Shown: positions 8,379 through 18,295, numbered from the stretch's first letter. The stretch is 43,528 nucleotides of DNA from a virus (IMGVR_UViG_3300032243_001810:1-43528), one strand, 5' to 3'. Made by a program: numbers and translations. Notes: generated by a model not told the origin, from the letters alone.

Positions 8379-8786
8379 TCAGCCAACGCCTTCCCAAAAT
8401 GTTACACCATCTATAGATCCAGTTAAAACAGGCATCATACTAGAGTCAATAGCTACTAATTCAGCAAAAATGCTAACTGGATGATCATTTATTGAATCAT
8501 TTGAACGAAGATATATTTCTTTAATTCTTGAATCAAATTCAAATTGACTACTACCATCAATTTTGAAATAATTTCCGTTCTCTATACCATTTTTTGTAAA
8601 CCCAACTCGGACATGAACGTTGCTACCTGTATTATGATTCCATACAAACACTCTTTTTGCGATTTTAGAAAAAGTATATTTGTATGTTGCATTATGAAGA
8701 ATAATAGAAGAAGTAACCCAAGGTAAACCTGAGCCCATAAACTCCGAAAAGGAATTAAAACCTATCTTAGGATTATCCATTCCCAT
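8379..8786 (-). CDS. Hypothetical virion protein (beta-rich)
   Basis: 135 aa ORF packed tightly between the protease and the next gene. Confidence 0.6.
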   Translation of the reverse strand: MGMDNPKIGFNSFSEFMGSGLPWVTSSIILHNATYKYTFSKIAKRVFVWNHNTGSNVHVRVGFTKNGIENGNYFKIDGSSQFEFDSRIKEIYLRSNDSINDHPVSIFAELVAIDSSMMPVLTGSIDGVTFWEGVG

Positions 8787-8789
8787 AAC

Positions 8790-9401
8790 TCATTTACCTC
8801 TTGACATAAGAATGTCATTTATTATTCTATCAATCCTATCGGATTTTGTGAATAAATTTTGTAGTTCTTCTGGATTAATCTGGCGACCTTCTGCCATCAT
8901 AAAAGCGCCTGGTGTTGAAGGTTCGGAGACAAAGTCCCAACAAATTAATTGAAAATCATCTTGAACAATCTGATAATCACCTTGCTTCTTTGTGGTTCCA
9001 ACTCCGCGAGAAGAGATTCCTAGTTTTACGCCCGACTCAACTAAAGATTGTAGAATTTTTCCTGATGGTGTGTCTAAAATTTCAACAGAACCGTAAACAA
9101 CATCACCTTCTACATGAGCCTCGCGGACTATGTGCGATACATTTTTAAGATTAACTACTGAAGAATCTGGGTGGTCTAATTCACCTAAAGCACGATTCTC
9201 AATGATAAACTTTTGGTAATTACGAACTTCACGTTCAAGTACGTTACGAGGATAGATGCGGCCATTTTGATTTAAGGTATCAGACTTTTGAAGAATGCCT
9301 TTCATTACAATTTTGCCGTTATTAGTTTCACGAGCCTCTTTGATCATATCAGGAGTATAATCAAAAACCTGGTAGGAATTAATCAATCTTAAATCAGACA
9401 T
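8790..9401 (-). CDS. gp21: Prohead maturation protease, T4 gp21-like
   Basis: Start revised to ATG 9401 (SD GGAGG). Motifs NQNGRIYP, ALGELDHP, NVSH, ILDTPSGKI, LGISSRGVG, DF.LICWDFVSEPSTPGA. Confidence 0.95.
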   Translation of the reverse strand: MSDLRLINSYQVFDYTPDMIKEARETNNGKIVMKGILQKSDTLNQNGRIYPRNVLEREVRNYQKFIIENRALGELDHPDSSVVNLKNVSHIVREAHVEGDVVYGSVEILDTPSGKILQSLVESGVKLGISSRGVGTTKKQGDYQIVQDDFQLICWDFVSEPSTPGAFMMAEGRQINPEELQNLFTKSDRIDRIINDILMSRGK

Positions 9402-10251
9402 TTTCCCCTCCTGACAATTCATCGATTAGTTTGACGTATAACATGTACTCGGCAACCACAGCATCATTAACTTCTGATATCTCGTGAATAATCTGTGATT
9501 TAACTTCATTCAACTTATTAGAGAGATATTTCTCTTGGTTTGAATTATTGGAAACATATTTTTCAATAGAATTAAGAAGTTTTTCTCTAATTTCTTGAAG
9601 CTTAAGTATGATTGTCTTAGTATCATCATTGGCCGTTGAAAATGCGTAAGCTTTAATAAGAGATTTTTGTTCCGTAGTTAAAGCATTATCGTATTTTTCT
9701 CCTAGTTTCTTCATCATGATTTTCATAAGAAGACGATTAGATCCAATAGAACCTTCAGCAACTACTTGCTCATTAGATTCATGCTTAGGTGTAGTCAACC
9801 ATTGAACGACTTGATCTTCATATCCAGCCATTTTGGATAAATCAGATGAAGAAGAACGCCAATCATTTAAAAGATTCTGAATTGTAGCAAAAGTTCTATA
9901 CTCCGAAATATGTTGATCATAAAAATTTTCATCATTTAATTGATGATTAATTGATCTAATTAAAAGAGATTTCTCTCTATCTAGAGCGTTAACGTCATGA
10001 GTCCTTGCTGCGGATTTAGCTTCGCCTAGAATAGAAGAAGCAACTGACTCAGAACTAACAGTCGTCTTCATTATTGAATTTATTAATCTAAACTCTTTAT
10101 AAAGTTCCGTACCAGGTTTAAAGTGCGTTTTGACAATTTTTAAAGCCTTAGCCGATCTTTTCTTATCATCATCGACAAGGGCTTGCGAAATTGTGCGAAT
10201 TAAAAATTCGTATAATAGTCCAATATTTCTTTTCTTGTTATGAGCCGACAT
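9394..10251 (-). CDS. Hypothetical head-module protein between portal and protease
   Basis: 285 aa helical ORF (HNKKRNIGLLYEFL..) overlapping the protease start by 8 nt; preceded by ATATTTA at 10319-10325. Confidence 0.7.
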   Translation of the reverse strand: MSAHNKKRNIGLLYEFLIRTISQALVDDDKKRSAKALKIVKTHFKPGTELYKEFRLINSIMKTTVSSESVASSILGEAKSAARTHDVNALDREKSLLIRSINHQLNDENFYDQHISEYRTFATIQNLLNDWRSSSSDLSKMAGYEDQVVQWLTTPKHESNEQVVAEGSIGSNRLLMKIMMKKLGEKYDNALTTEQKSLIKAYAFSTANDDTKTIILKLQEIREKLLNSIEKYVSNNSNQEKYLSNKLNEVKSQIIHEISEVNDAVVAEYMLYVKLIDELSGGENV

Positions 10252-10340
10252 TGAGGTCAGATCCTTTCAGCAATGATTTAATTAATCCGATAATAAAAAC
10301 GGATGTGAAATAATGACATAAATATCGAGTAATTTTAGAG

Positions 10341-12320
10341 TTATTCCTCGACATTAAGATCTATTTCCTCTTGAGCTTCCATTAAAAGACCATCAGAAGA
10401 TTTTTCATTGCTCATTCCTAATGTAGTTGACATCTTTTTTAATGTTGACACCAAATGAGGCGACAAAATAGCTGGCGATGAAACACCTTCAGAAGATCTA
10501 ACCGATTCTGCAAAAGGATTATTAAGAAATGATTTATCAAAAGGATCTGACAGCGAAGAATTTTTCGTGTCTAGCATACTCTTAAAATCTGGTATGTGTT
10601 TTTGAATTCTACGGCGCTTTCTATTATACATGTATTTCTTAGCATGAGCGCCTGGTTTGACAGGTAACTTATCCTTTTCATCAAGTTTTGGAAGTACTTC
10701 ATCTTCATCAATATCACCAGACATCAACAATTGAGCGCCTGATTCTGCATCATCAGCTACGTCGTCTGATGCAAATAGACTTTCTTCTCCACCCTCTTCG
10801 CCTTTTTCTTCAGCAGGTGGAGTCTCCTCAGGTTTTTCTTCTTCAGGAGCTGCTTCTGTTTCAGCGGGCGCAGGTGCTGTTTCACCAGGAGCATTAGAAG
10901 CTTGAACCGCCTCTATTGATAGATCCGTTGATTTTTCAACGTAACGTTGCTCGTCCATTTCATCAATTTGTTCATCATTAAGTCCCCAAATTTCTTTTTG
11001 AACGAAACGACGACTTCCCATTCCTTCAGGCAAAGCACCCGCAATTTCAAACTTAGCTTTCCAAAGTTCTAATTTTTGTTGTTGAGCTATTGTTGAAGGA
11101 TTAGACAATCTGAGAGTGAAGTTTTGTAGTTCTTCTCCATCATATCCATTTGCATACAAGTGAATGATAGCTAACTTATTAAGTTCGGAAATTAAAGTTT
11201 TTTGAATAACGCTGATTGTTCTAGAAAAACGAATATCTTCTTGCGCTAAAGTTGCTTTTGAAGATAACATCTCGTCATAACCCAAATATGCACGTGGGAC
11301 CTTCAATGCAGCAAACAATTTCTTCTGCATATATTGCACATCTTCAACGGAAGCAGCATTCTGTCCACCTGAAAGAGTGTCTATCTTTGTTCCAGATTCT
11401 CCTCCGCGGACGGCAATGAAATAATCATCCTCGACACTAAGCGGATTATATCGAAGATCAACTCTACCAGTGCTACGATCAACAACTTGATTTGTTCTCA
11501 AGTTTTTTCTTTGTTCTTCAACATACATCGGAACGTTTTCTGGAGGGATATTGGCAACATCAATGTAGAAGACACGACGTTCAGGTGCACGAACAATTCG
11601 ATATACTAACATCGCATCTTCAAGAAGAACTAATTGTCTCCATATTCTTCTTGCTGGTTCTATCAACGAAGAACCATAGGGAAGAAACATATCATTTCCA
11701 AGAAGACGGAAATGAGTAACTTCCCAATTTTCAAGAGTACGATTGCCTAATGTTGACCAACGATATCTGACAGCAAACGGATCTTCACGATCATAGTTTT
11801 CTTCACGTTCAATCTCGTTTACAGGAATTGGAAATGCATGAAGAACTCCTTGTGTAGGAGAAACGTCATTGTAAAGAAAGAAATCTCCGTACTTAACTAA
11901 GTTTCTTGCCCAAGAACGAAGGTTAAATTCTACATTGAGAATGTTGTAAAACAGGTCCTCTAGTATGTCTCTGATCTTTTCATCATCAGAATACACATGA
12001 AGCACACGACCTTTATCATCTTGTGCGACTGTTTCATCAGCATAGATGTCCATTGCTGCAGCAATTTCCGCAGTATATTCCATTTCTTGGAAATCCTGAT
12101 ATCTCATCAGGCGTTCTGACAAGTTATAAGAATTTGCAGTAATTACAGAGTATGTAGGCGAAGTAGAACGTTGAAATAATAACGCGCCAGATGACTTGAC
12201 TTTATCTGCAACAGCAATTGTCGTATCAACTGTTTTTACTTTACGTTTAACGACAGGACCACTTTTAAACAGTCTAGTCAATCTTTGAAACAGATTTTTA
12301 TTCTTATCGTCTTTGGCCAC
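10341..12320 (-). CDS. gp20: Portal protein, T4 gp20-like, with long acidic C-terminal extension
   Basis: EI.AAMDIYADE, QL.LLEDAMLVYRIVRAPERRVFYIDV.N.P, EDDYFI.VRG, TKIDTL.GGQN, EDV.Y..KKL..ALKVP, QEDIRF. Confidence 0.96.
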   Translation of the reverse strand: MAKDDKNKNLFQRLTRLFKSGPVVKRKVKTVDTTIAVADKVKSSGALLFQRSTSPTYSVITANSYNLSERLMRYQDFQEMEYTAEIAAAMDIYADETVAQDDKGRVLHVYSDDEKIRDILEDLFYNILNVEFNLRSWARNLVKYGDFFLYNDVSPTQGVLHAFPIPVNEIEREENYDREDPFAVRYRWSTLGNRTLENWEVTHFRLLGNDMFLPYGSSLIEPARRIWRQLVLLEDAMLVYRIVRAPERRVFYIDVANIPPENVPMYVEEQRKNLRTNQVVDRSTGRVDLRYNPLSVEDDYFIAVRGGESGTKIDTLSGGQNAASVEDVQYMQKKLFAALKVPRAYLGYDEMLSSKATLAQEDIRFSRTISVIQKTLISELNKLAIIHLYANGYDGEELQNFTLRLSNPSTIAQQQKLELWKAKFEIAGALPEGMGSRRFVQKEIWGLNDEQIDEMDEQRYVEKSTDLSIEAVQASNAPGETAPAPAETEAAPEEEKPEETPPAEEKGEEGGEESLFASDDVADDAESGAQLLMSGDIDEDEVLPKLDEKDKLPVKPGAHAKKYMYNRKRRRIQKHIPDFKSMLDTKNSSLSDPFDKSFLNNPFAESVRSSEGVSSPAILSPHLVSTLKKMSTTLGMSNEKSSDGLLMEAQEEIDLNVEE

Positions 12321-12381
12321 GTTATGCCTTCTTTAACAGTCTAAAGAAATATTATACTACGAAATAGAAGCTTGATTAAGT

Positions 12382-12702
12382 TCAAGCAATCTCTTCTTCA
12401 TCTTCTTCATCGTCAGAAGCAATTTCTTCTTCGGGCAATTCAGATTCTTCTTCTTCTGAACGAGAAACATAGTTTAATGGTTCTTTTAGCATGTTTTCCA
12501 ACATGCCTTGAACTTGTTGAAGATGAGGAGACAACGCGTTGATTGCAGCGGGAGGTGCATCTTTTTCAAAAGAATTAATCTCTTCGTACAAATCAACAAC
12601 TAGGCTGTATAAGCTTTTTGCTTCTGAAGTGTTTAAGCTTTCATAGATAACTTGCGCATCTTTATTAATGTTATCTTGCAATTTTCTAAGATTGATTTTC
12701 AT
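12382..12702 (-). CDS. Hypothetical acidic protein
   Basis: 106 aa ORF with SD AAGGA, between terminase and portal. Confidence 0.6.
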   Translation of the reverse strand: MKINLRKLQDNINKDAQVIYESLNTSEAKSLYSLVVDLYEEINSFEKDAPPAAINALSPHLQQVQGMLENMLKEPLNYVSRSEEEESELPEEEIASDDEEDEEEIA

Positions 12703-12732
12703 GTCCTTATACCCTCCGCTATATTTATACTC

Positions 12733-14367
12733 TCACTTATACAACCAAGACATATCATCCATTCCATGATCGGAATTAGGGTTTAAATGTTTTACTTGTG
12801 ATGGTTCTCTAAGTTTATATACATTAGATTGATTTATTTGGTTTTGTGCTCTAGCGTTTGAACCCAAAACGTAAGTGGGATTGTTAGGTATTGCTCTGGC
12901 ATCAATACTGCTTATTCCTGTAGCTTTTAACATAGCCATAGCCAAAGCATATCCAGAGTCGTTTGTACCTTGTGCGCCTTCCGTTAACCAACTTCCTATG
13001 GCAAGACTCATGATTAAATCGTCATGACTATCTTTTGATGCCATTGGTTTATTACCATTCCAAATAAATGCCTGGAGTTGGTCATAAAGCCTTTGAGAAT
13101 AACTTTTTAAAGTCTTATTACGAATTAATTCCTCTAATTTAGTGAGAATTTGTACGCGTGTTTTTTGATTCGTCGGAAACCCAGGTAATTCATCTTGGTT
13201 AAGAGGAGTATAGTTCATTATATCACCACGGTTATTGTAGTAATACATTTTTGGATAACCTGTATCCCTTAACTTAACATTAACAAAATATCCGAAAGTA
13301 TTATTCTCGGGACATATCAAAGCGTTGTTATATTTTTTGCCCCACTCAGCAAGAAGATCAGCAAACTTTTCAGGGGGTATTTTGCCCATATATTCTGCAA
13401 CAACTTCCGAAGTTTTATGATTCAAAATATGGAAAGTAGAATAATCAGAAGCGTCGCCTCTGGCGACGTCAGCTGACAATACATACGTTTTATTTGGATC
13501 AGAATGTTCCCATATCCAAACATTCCTATCAAAGCCAGATTTTTCGATAGGTTGTCGAATTAAAGATCTCAATTCTTCTAAATCTTCCGATTGCAAAAAC
13601 GTATCGCCAGAAGTTATGAAATCGCAAAGATATTCCTGGCTTACTTTTCTTTTTGGAAGATTACGCGTCTCTTTTATGAACCAAGCTTCATCATGTTCAG
13701 GATGTACTGTCCATGGAAGTCTTATAGGATTAAACTCATTTGTTCCAGCCTCGGCTTCCACCCACAATCTGTAATAAAGACCACCAACACCGTTTGGAGA
13801 TGAAATCAATATTGCATTACCACCGGTCGTCAACGTTGGATAGAGACCGGTCCAAATCGTGTCAAAGTCTCTAATGAATGCACACTCATCGACAATTAGA
13901 AGAGAAAGAGATTCAGAACGACCGGCATCTTCTGAGGTTGGAACAGCTTTAATTTGTGATCCATTACTAAAAGATATTTGTTGTTTTGAAGGTTCAAATT
14001 TTGGCATTAACAACCACTTTGGAAGTGATTGAAGCATGACATGAACCTTTTTTATAAAGTTTTGAGCAGTCGCTAACTTTGTTGCAATAACCAAAACATT
14101 TTTATCTTTATAAAAGATAGCTAACCATGTTGCATATGCAGCTGAGACAGTAGATAAACCTAGCTGTCTAGATTTCAGGACTATATTGAAACGATGCTGT
14201 TGAAAAGCATTTACACAATCTTCCTGAAAATCGTATGTATCAAACGGAATTGTACCTTTCAACGGATGTTGAATCTTAGCATAATTCTTTATGAAATAGA
14301 TAGGATCTTTACCGCAAGCAACTATTTCATTTATTTGTTGCTGTTTAGTTAATGGTTTTTCTTGCAT
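12733..14367 (-). CDS. terL: Terminase large subunit, T4 gp17-like
   Basis: C.KDPIYFI.NY.KI, LKSRQLGLST (Walker A), LLIVDECAFI (Walker B), ISSPNG, QEY.CDF; nuclease ADVARG..DYS and HDDLIMSLA. Confidence 0.96.
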   Translation of the reverse strand: MQEKPLTKQQQINEIVACGKDPIYFIKNYAKIQHPLKGTIPFDTYDFQEDCVNAFQQHRFNIVLKSRQLGLSTVSAAYATWLAIFYKDKNVLVIATKLATAQNFIKKVHVMLQSLPKWLLMPKFEPSKQQISFSNGSQIKAVPTSEDAGRSESLSLLIVDECAFIRDFDTIWTGLYPTLTTGGNAILISSPNGVGGLYYRLWVEAEAGTNEFNPIRLPWTVHPEHDEAWFIKETRNLPKRKVSQEYLCDFITSGDTFLQSEDLEELRSLIRQPIEKSGFDRNVWIWEHSDPNKTYVLSADVARGDASDYSTFHILNHKTSEVVAEYMGKIPPEKFADLLAEWGKKYNNALICPENNTFGYFVNVKLRDTGYPKMYYYNNRGDIMNYTPLNQDELPGFPTNQKTRVQILTKLEELIRNKTLKSYSQRLYDQLQAFIWNGNKPMASKDSHDDLIMSLAIGSWLTEGAQGTNDSGYALAMAMLKATGISSIDARAIPNNPTYVLGSNARAQNQINQSNVYKLREPSQVKHLNPNSDHGMDDMSWLYK

Positions 14368-14371
14368 CCAA

Positions 14372-14752
14372 TCAGCCTAACTCGATGACAATCTGCTTAC
14401 GATAAATTGCTGTTCTTTTTGGATTATGAACTCCAAAACCAACAATTTCGACAGAATCACCAGAGCTAACTTCTTTCATCTTTAATGACTTAGACGTTAA
14501 GTCTTTGTACGTGCTTTTTACGGCATCCAAAACTGATTTTAAGTTTGTAGATGATAGCTCAGCTTCACGAAGCTTAACCTGCAACATCTGGCGTTCAGAA
14601 GCAAAATTAACAATAGTTTGATAAGAAACAGACAACATGTCTGGGCCTACCATCCTCATTTTTACTGAAAAAGAATTAACAATAGGTGATGATGATCTTC
14701 CCCAGGAAGTATCAATTGCTTGACCTAAGGCATTATAATCTAGATCTAACAT
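14372..14752 (-). CDS. Hypothetical protein upstream of terminase
   Basis: 126 aa ORF ending 4 nt before terL; preceded by ATATTTA at 14776-14782. Confidence 0.65.
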   Translation of the reverse strand: MLDLDYNALGQAIDTSWGRSSSPIVNSFSVKMRMVGPDMLSVSYQTIVNFASERQMLQVKLREAELSSTNLKSVLDAVKSTYKDLTSKSLKMKEVSSGDSVEIVGFGVHNPKRTAIYRKQIVIELG

Positions 14753-14791
14753 ATTAGACAGTAGTCCTCATTAACTAAATATTGAGATAAA

Positions 14792-15091
14792 CTAAAACAG
14801 CATATTAACTGTCATTTTTTTTCCGTCCTTTAATTTTTCAGCAACTTGTTCCTTGGTCGGTCTCCACCCACGCCGCCATGCCGTTAAATTAGGTCTAGCC
14901 CAAAAAGTTTCGCAATGTTCGCAACATTTAAACTCATTATAGGATTTTTCATCATCAATATTTCGTAATAAATAGTCACAAACTGGACATGCTAATGGCA
15001 CTATTTGACGATCTAGTGACGGTTTAATTATATAAAATCCATCACACTCCTTGATCAGCCTGTCATTAAGATACGGTTTCCACTCACTCAT
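14792..15091 (-). CDS. Small Cys-rich (Zn-binding) hypothetical protein
   Basis: CPVC..CCEHC; ATGA start/stop overlap with the Mre11-Rad50 fusion. Confidence 0.65.
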   Translation of the reverse strand: MSEWKPYLNDRLIKECDGFYIIKPSLDRQIVPLACPVCDYLLRNIDDEKSYNEFKCCEHCETFWARPNLTAWRRGWRPTKEQVAEKLKDGKKMTVNMLF

Positions 15092-18000
15092 ACGAACACC
15101 ATTTTTGAATCTTTCTCGTTCTTTGTAATCTCTAGGATATGATCAGCAACATCCTTGATTCCATCAACATGTGTGATCACCAAAATTAATCTAAAAAACT
15201 TCTTTAGACTTGTCAACAACCTATTGCAAGCTTCGACACCGGCATCATCTAATGTTCCGAAACCTTCATCGATGATGAACATGTCAGACTTTGACATCGA
15301 AGAAACATTCACCAATGCAACTCTTAATGCAATAGAAGCGATCGTCTTCTCCATTCCAGAGCACAATTCAATTATCCTACGAGAATCTCCGTAATTGATG
15401 TAGATCTCAGATGCATCTGATTCATCATCATTCTCCAGCTCAACTGAAAAATCTACGATTCCATGTAGGATCTTTGAAATCTCTGCATTGATGACTGGTA
15501 GTTGAGACCTTGTTATGATCAAGGGAATTCCCTTCTTTGAGAATGCACCTGAAATGATCTCATATGTCTTCATCGTCCTGAGGAGCTTGTCCCTAGACTC
15601 CTTTTCGGCATCCAATTTTTCAAGCTCAGACATTAACCTTCCTCGTTGAGTAGCCAATGTCATCCTTGCCTCATCCCATTCTCTGATTGACCTAGATAAT
15701 GTTTCTATTTTTGTTCTAAGAGAAACAACCTCAGAATTTTCATCATTTTTTAATGCCTCTTGCAGGTCAACAAGCTTCTGCTCTGCATCCTTGAGGCTGA
15801 CTGTCATTGCATCACAATTGGACCGAATCTTTTCTATCTCAGTTTCCTTACGAGATATCTCGAGGTTCAATTTCGAAGATAGAGTCGTTGCCTTCTCTAG
15901 CTTTGAGATCTTTGAAACAAGAGATTCTTTCTCCAACTTCTTGAGAGCATCGTTCAAGTCGTTCAGCTTCTTTAAGGTCGATTCAACCTTCTCATTCTGA
16001 GAGATGATCTTGTCTTTATTGAGATGAGCATCCTTGATGAACTTGCATGTAGGATAATCGTCTCCACAAGGGACTTCATCCAAAATCTTTAAAGACTTTT
16101 GTTGCGTCTTCAACAAGATAGACTCTTTGTCATGTAGATGTTGAAGTTCAAGGATTGATTTTTCTAATGAATCGATTGCAGACAGCTTCTTCTTTAGGTC
16201 ATCGACATCATCAGATGATTCAACTTCTTCAACAATTTTTAGCTTTTCCTTCAATGAAACGATCTCTTCATTGATGATATCAATCTTTGAACATGAATCG
16301 TTACAAGACGTCTTAAGATTCTTAACCTTTTGCTCCTGAAGCTGAACATCAACTGCGGTCACTGGTTTGTGACCCTTATGAGATGCTAACTCGGCTCTTA
16401 GACCAGAAACTTCATTTTGTGCATCTTGTGATGAAGAAATAAGTTCGTCTATCTTTTCAGATAGTTCTAATATTGTTTTTCCATGATTTAATTGTAATTC
16501 ATCCCAATTTCTATCAGGAAAATTCTTTAATTGTGCCTTAAGGACGTTAAGATCTTTTGAAGACATGTCATACATCTTATCAAAGATGTCTAGACCTAAA
16601 AATCTAGATAACGTTGCTCTTCTTCTAGTGGATCCTTGATAAATAAAGGCATTAATGTCGCCTTGTGCTGACAAAGCTGTTAATGAAAAATCTTCGCTAG
16701 TTCCAATAAGATTTCGTATTGCTTTCTCTGTCCCTGTTCTAAGATCATCACAAAGATCATCTACTTCACCATCATCCCTCATTCTATAAAAATTTAGAGA
16801 TGTTGACGCGTTTGTAACACCTTTCTTATTAATAGTCTTTGTTGTTTGCCTCTCAGCAATATAAACCTTGCTGTTATGATCAAAAATTGCCCTGGCATAA
16901 CAGTAAGGCTTTCTGATATTACAAATGTGTAGGTTCTTTAATGAGCCTCTGTCCGTAGTATTAAACAAAGAATACATCATCGTTCCTACAATCGATGATT
17001 TCCCCGTTCGATTCGGACCAAAGACACCAACGATTCCATTCAATTTGGTGAAATCAATCTCATTCTCTTCACCATATGCAAAGGTGTTGTCCCACTTTAA
17101 GTGTCTCAAAGACCATTTTGAACCTTTGACATAATCATCAGTTGATGCAACAGCAGACATATACTTTTTGATCTGATTGGACATTGAATCCCAATCAACG
17201 TCAGCATTACCATTCTCTTTGCAATATGTCTGAATCAAACTTATGATGACATCAGGTGATGTCAGATCAGATTTTGCGATTGTCGTTGAGCCAGTCTTGA
17301 TTGTCTCACTCTCTGCTCGATATTCTGACTTAAATGTTACCTCTGTTGCTGCATAGGTTGTCTTCAACGTCTCATTCAAAAAGCTTACATCATCCTGGCT
17401 CATCTCCATCTGGGATTTAATCCTGAACCTGGATTGTTTGGGATACTTGGTGACTTCTTTTAGAAAATCCTTTTGTGATCCTCCCCACTGAATTGTCACA
17501 TACGGCTTGGGATTTGGCAATTTTTTAAACTTGACATCCCAATCATTTTCATCCTTGATAACCCACAAAAAGTAACCATGATCCAACTCCTCCGCATAGT
17601 TCTGCTGTATTGGAGTTCCTGGGAAACCTATCCATGGTTTCTTTTCGCCATCAGATGTTTCTCTGTATCCGAGATATTGAGTTTGGTGGATGTCGCCGAG
17701 AAACACATAAGGATAATCCTTAAAAAACTCAACCTTTAATTGTGCTTCATCAAGTTCCCATCCAGATTCAGTTACTGCGCCGTGAACTGGTCCATGATAA
17801 CATGCAATGTTGATCTTACCAGGCTCCGGCTTCACATCCTTCCACCCCTCTTCATCAAAGAGAGAATAGACACACCAGTTGAACCCAGGGTGGAATTCAT
17901 ATACTCCACTCTTCTTGTAGAGATGAATCTTGGGGTTATTTAAAGCTGATACAATCGGAGAAACAGCGTCTTGACGAGATAGATTGGTAAGATTCCCGTC

Positions 18001-18249
18001 ATGATTTCCTAATGTAAGATGAACTTGCGCGACATCGGCCATTGATTCAAGCCACCACGTAAGTTGTTCAATGTACTCAGGAGAAATTCCTGTAGTCTTT
18101 GTATGGAAGATATCTCCACCTACAAAAATGTGATCTACCTTGTTCTTCTTACAATCTTTAATAAATGCCGTGAATACTTCACGATACTCATCATGTCTAC
18201 TTAATCCGCGATAATGAACATCTGCGGTATGAGCTACAACAATTGCCAT
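15088..18249 (-). CDS. Fused Mre11/SbcD (gp47-like) nuclease and Rad50/SbcC (gp46-like) SMC ATPase
   Basis: N-terminal metallophosphoesterase motifs ADVH, GGDIFH, LGNHD, YHG, LGDIH, PG.PIQQ..E. Then Walker A GPNRTGKSS, Q-loop LSAQG, coiled coil, signature CSGMEK, Walker B/D-loop FIIDEGFGTLD and H-loop VITH, all in one uninterrupted frame. Confidence 0.92.
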   Translation of the reverse strand: MAIVVAHTADVHYRGLSRHDEYREVFTAFIKDCKKNKVDHIFVGGDIFHTKTTGISPEYIEQLTWWLESMADVAQVHLTLGNHDGNLTNLSRQDAVSPIVSALNNPKIHLYKKSGVYEFHPGFNWCVYSLFDEEGWKDVKPEPGKINIACYHGPVHGAVTESGWELDEAQLKVEFFKDYPYVFLGDIHQTQYLGYRETSDGEKKPWIGFPGTPIQQNYAEELDHGYFLWVIKDENDWDVKFKKLPNPKPYVTIQWGGSQKDFLKEVTKYPKQSRFRIKSQMEMSQDDVSFLNETLKTTYAATEVTFKSEYRAESETIKTGSTTIAKSDLTSPDVIISLIQTYCKENGNADVDWDSMSNQIKKYMSAVASTDDYVKGSKWSLRHLKWDNTFAYGEENEIDFTKLNGIVGVFGPNRTGKSSIVGTMMYSLFNTTDRGSLKNLHICNIRKPYCYARAIFDHNSKVYIAERQTTKTINKKGVTNASTSLNFYRMRDDGEVDDLCDDLRTGTEKAIRNLIGTSEDFSLTALSAQGDINAFIYQGSTRRRATLSRFLGLDIFDKMYDMSSKDLNVLKAQLKNFPDRNWDELQLNHGKTILELSEKIDELISSSQDAQNEVSGLRAELASHKGHKPVTAVDVQLQEQKVKNLKTSCNDSCSKIDIINEEIVSLKEKLKIVEEVESSDDVDDLKKKLSAIDSLEKSILELQHLHDKESILLKTQQKSLKILDEVPCGDDYPTCKFIKDAHLNKDKIISQNEKVESTLKKLNDLNDALKKLEKESLVSKISKLEKATTLSSKLNLEISRKETEIEKIRSNCDAMTVSLKDAEQKLVDLQEALKNDENSEVVSLRTKIETLSRSIREWDEARMTLATQRGRLMSELEKLDAEKESRDKLLRTMKTYEIISGAFSKKGIPLIITRSQLPVINAEISKILHGIVDFSVELENDDESDASEIYINYGDSRRIIELCSGMEKTIASIALRVALVNVSSMSKSDMFIIDEGFGTLDDAGVEACNRLLTSLKKFFRLILVITHVDGIKDVADHILEITKNEKDSKMVFV

Positions 18250-18295
18250 TGATCAATAAATGTAATCACACTAAACATTAGTGTTCAATAAACCA

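Noticed and set aside
12722-12729. Perfect T4 late promoter TATAAATA upstream of the 106-aa gene
   Set aside because: The only clear case I noticed before a head-module gene, in AT-rich DNA; not enough to claim T4-type late promoters.
12733-14367. Intein or intron in terminase, portal, primase or helicase
   Set aside because: Conserved motifs are normally spaced, with no intein C..HN/LAGLIDADG blocks or frame breaks.
15088-18249. Giant eukaryotic virus (NCLDV) origin of the window, suggested by the Mre11-Rad50 fusion
   Set aside because: The gp23/gp20/gp21/gp17-like head module, SD sequences and intrinsic terminators indicate a tailed bacteriophage.
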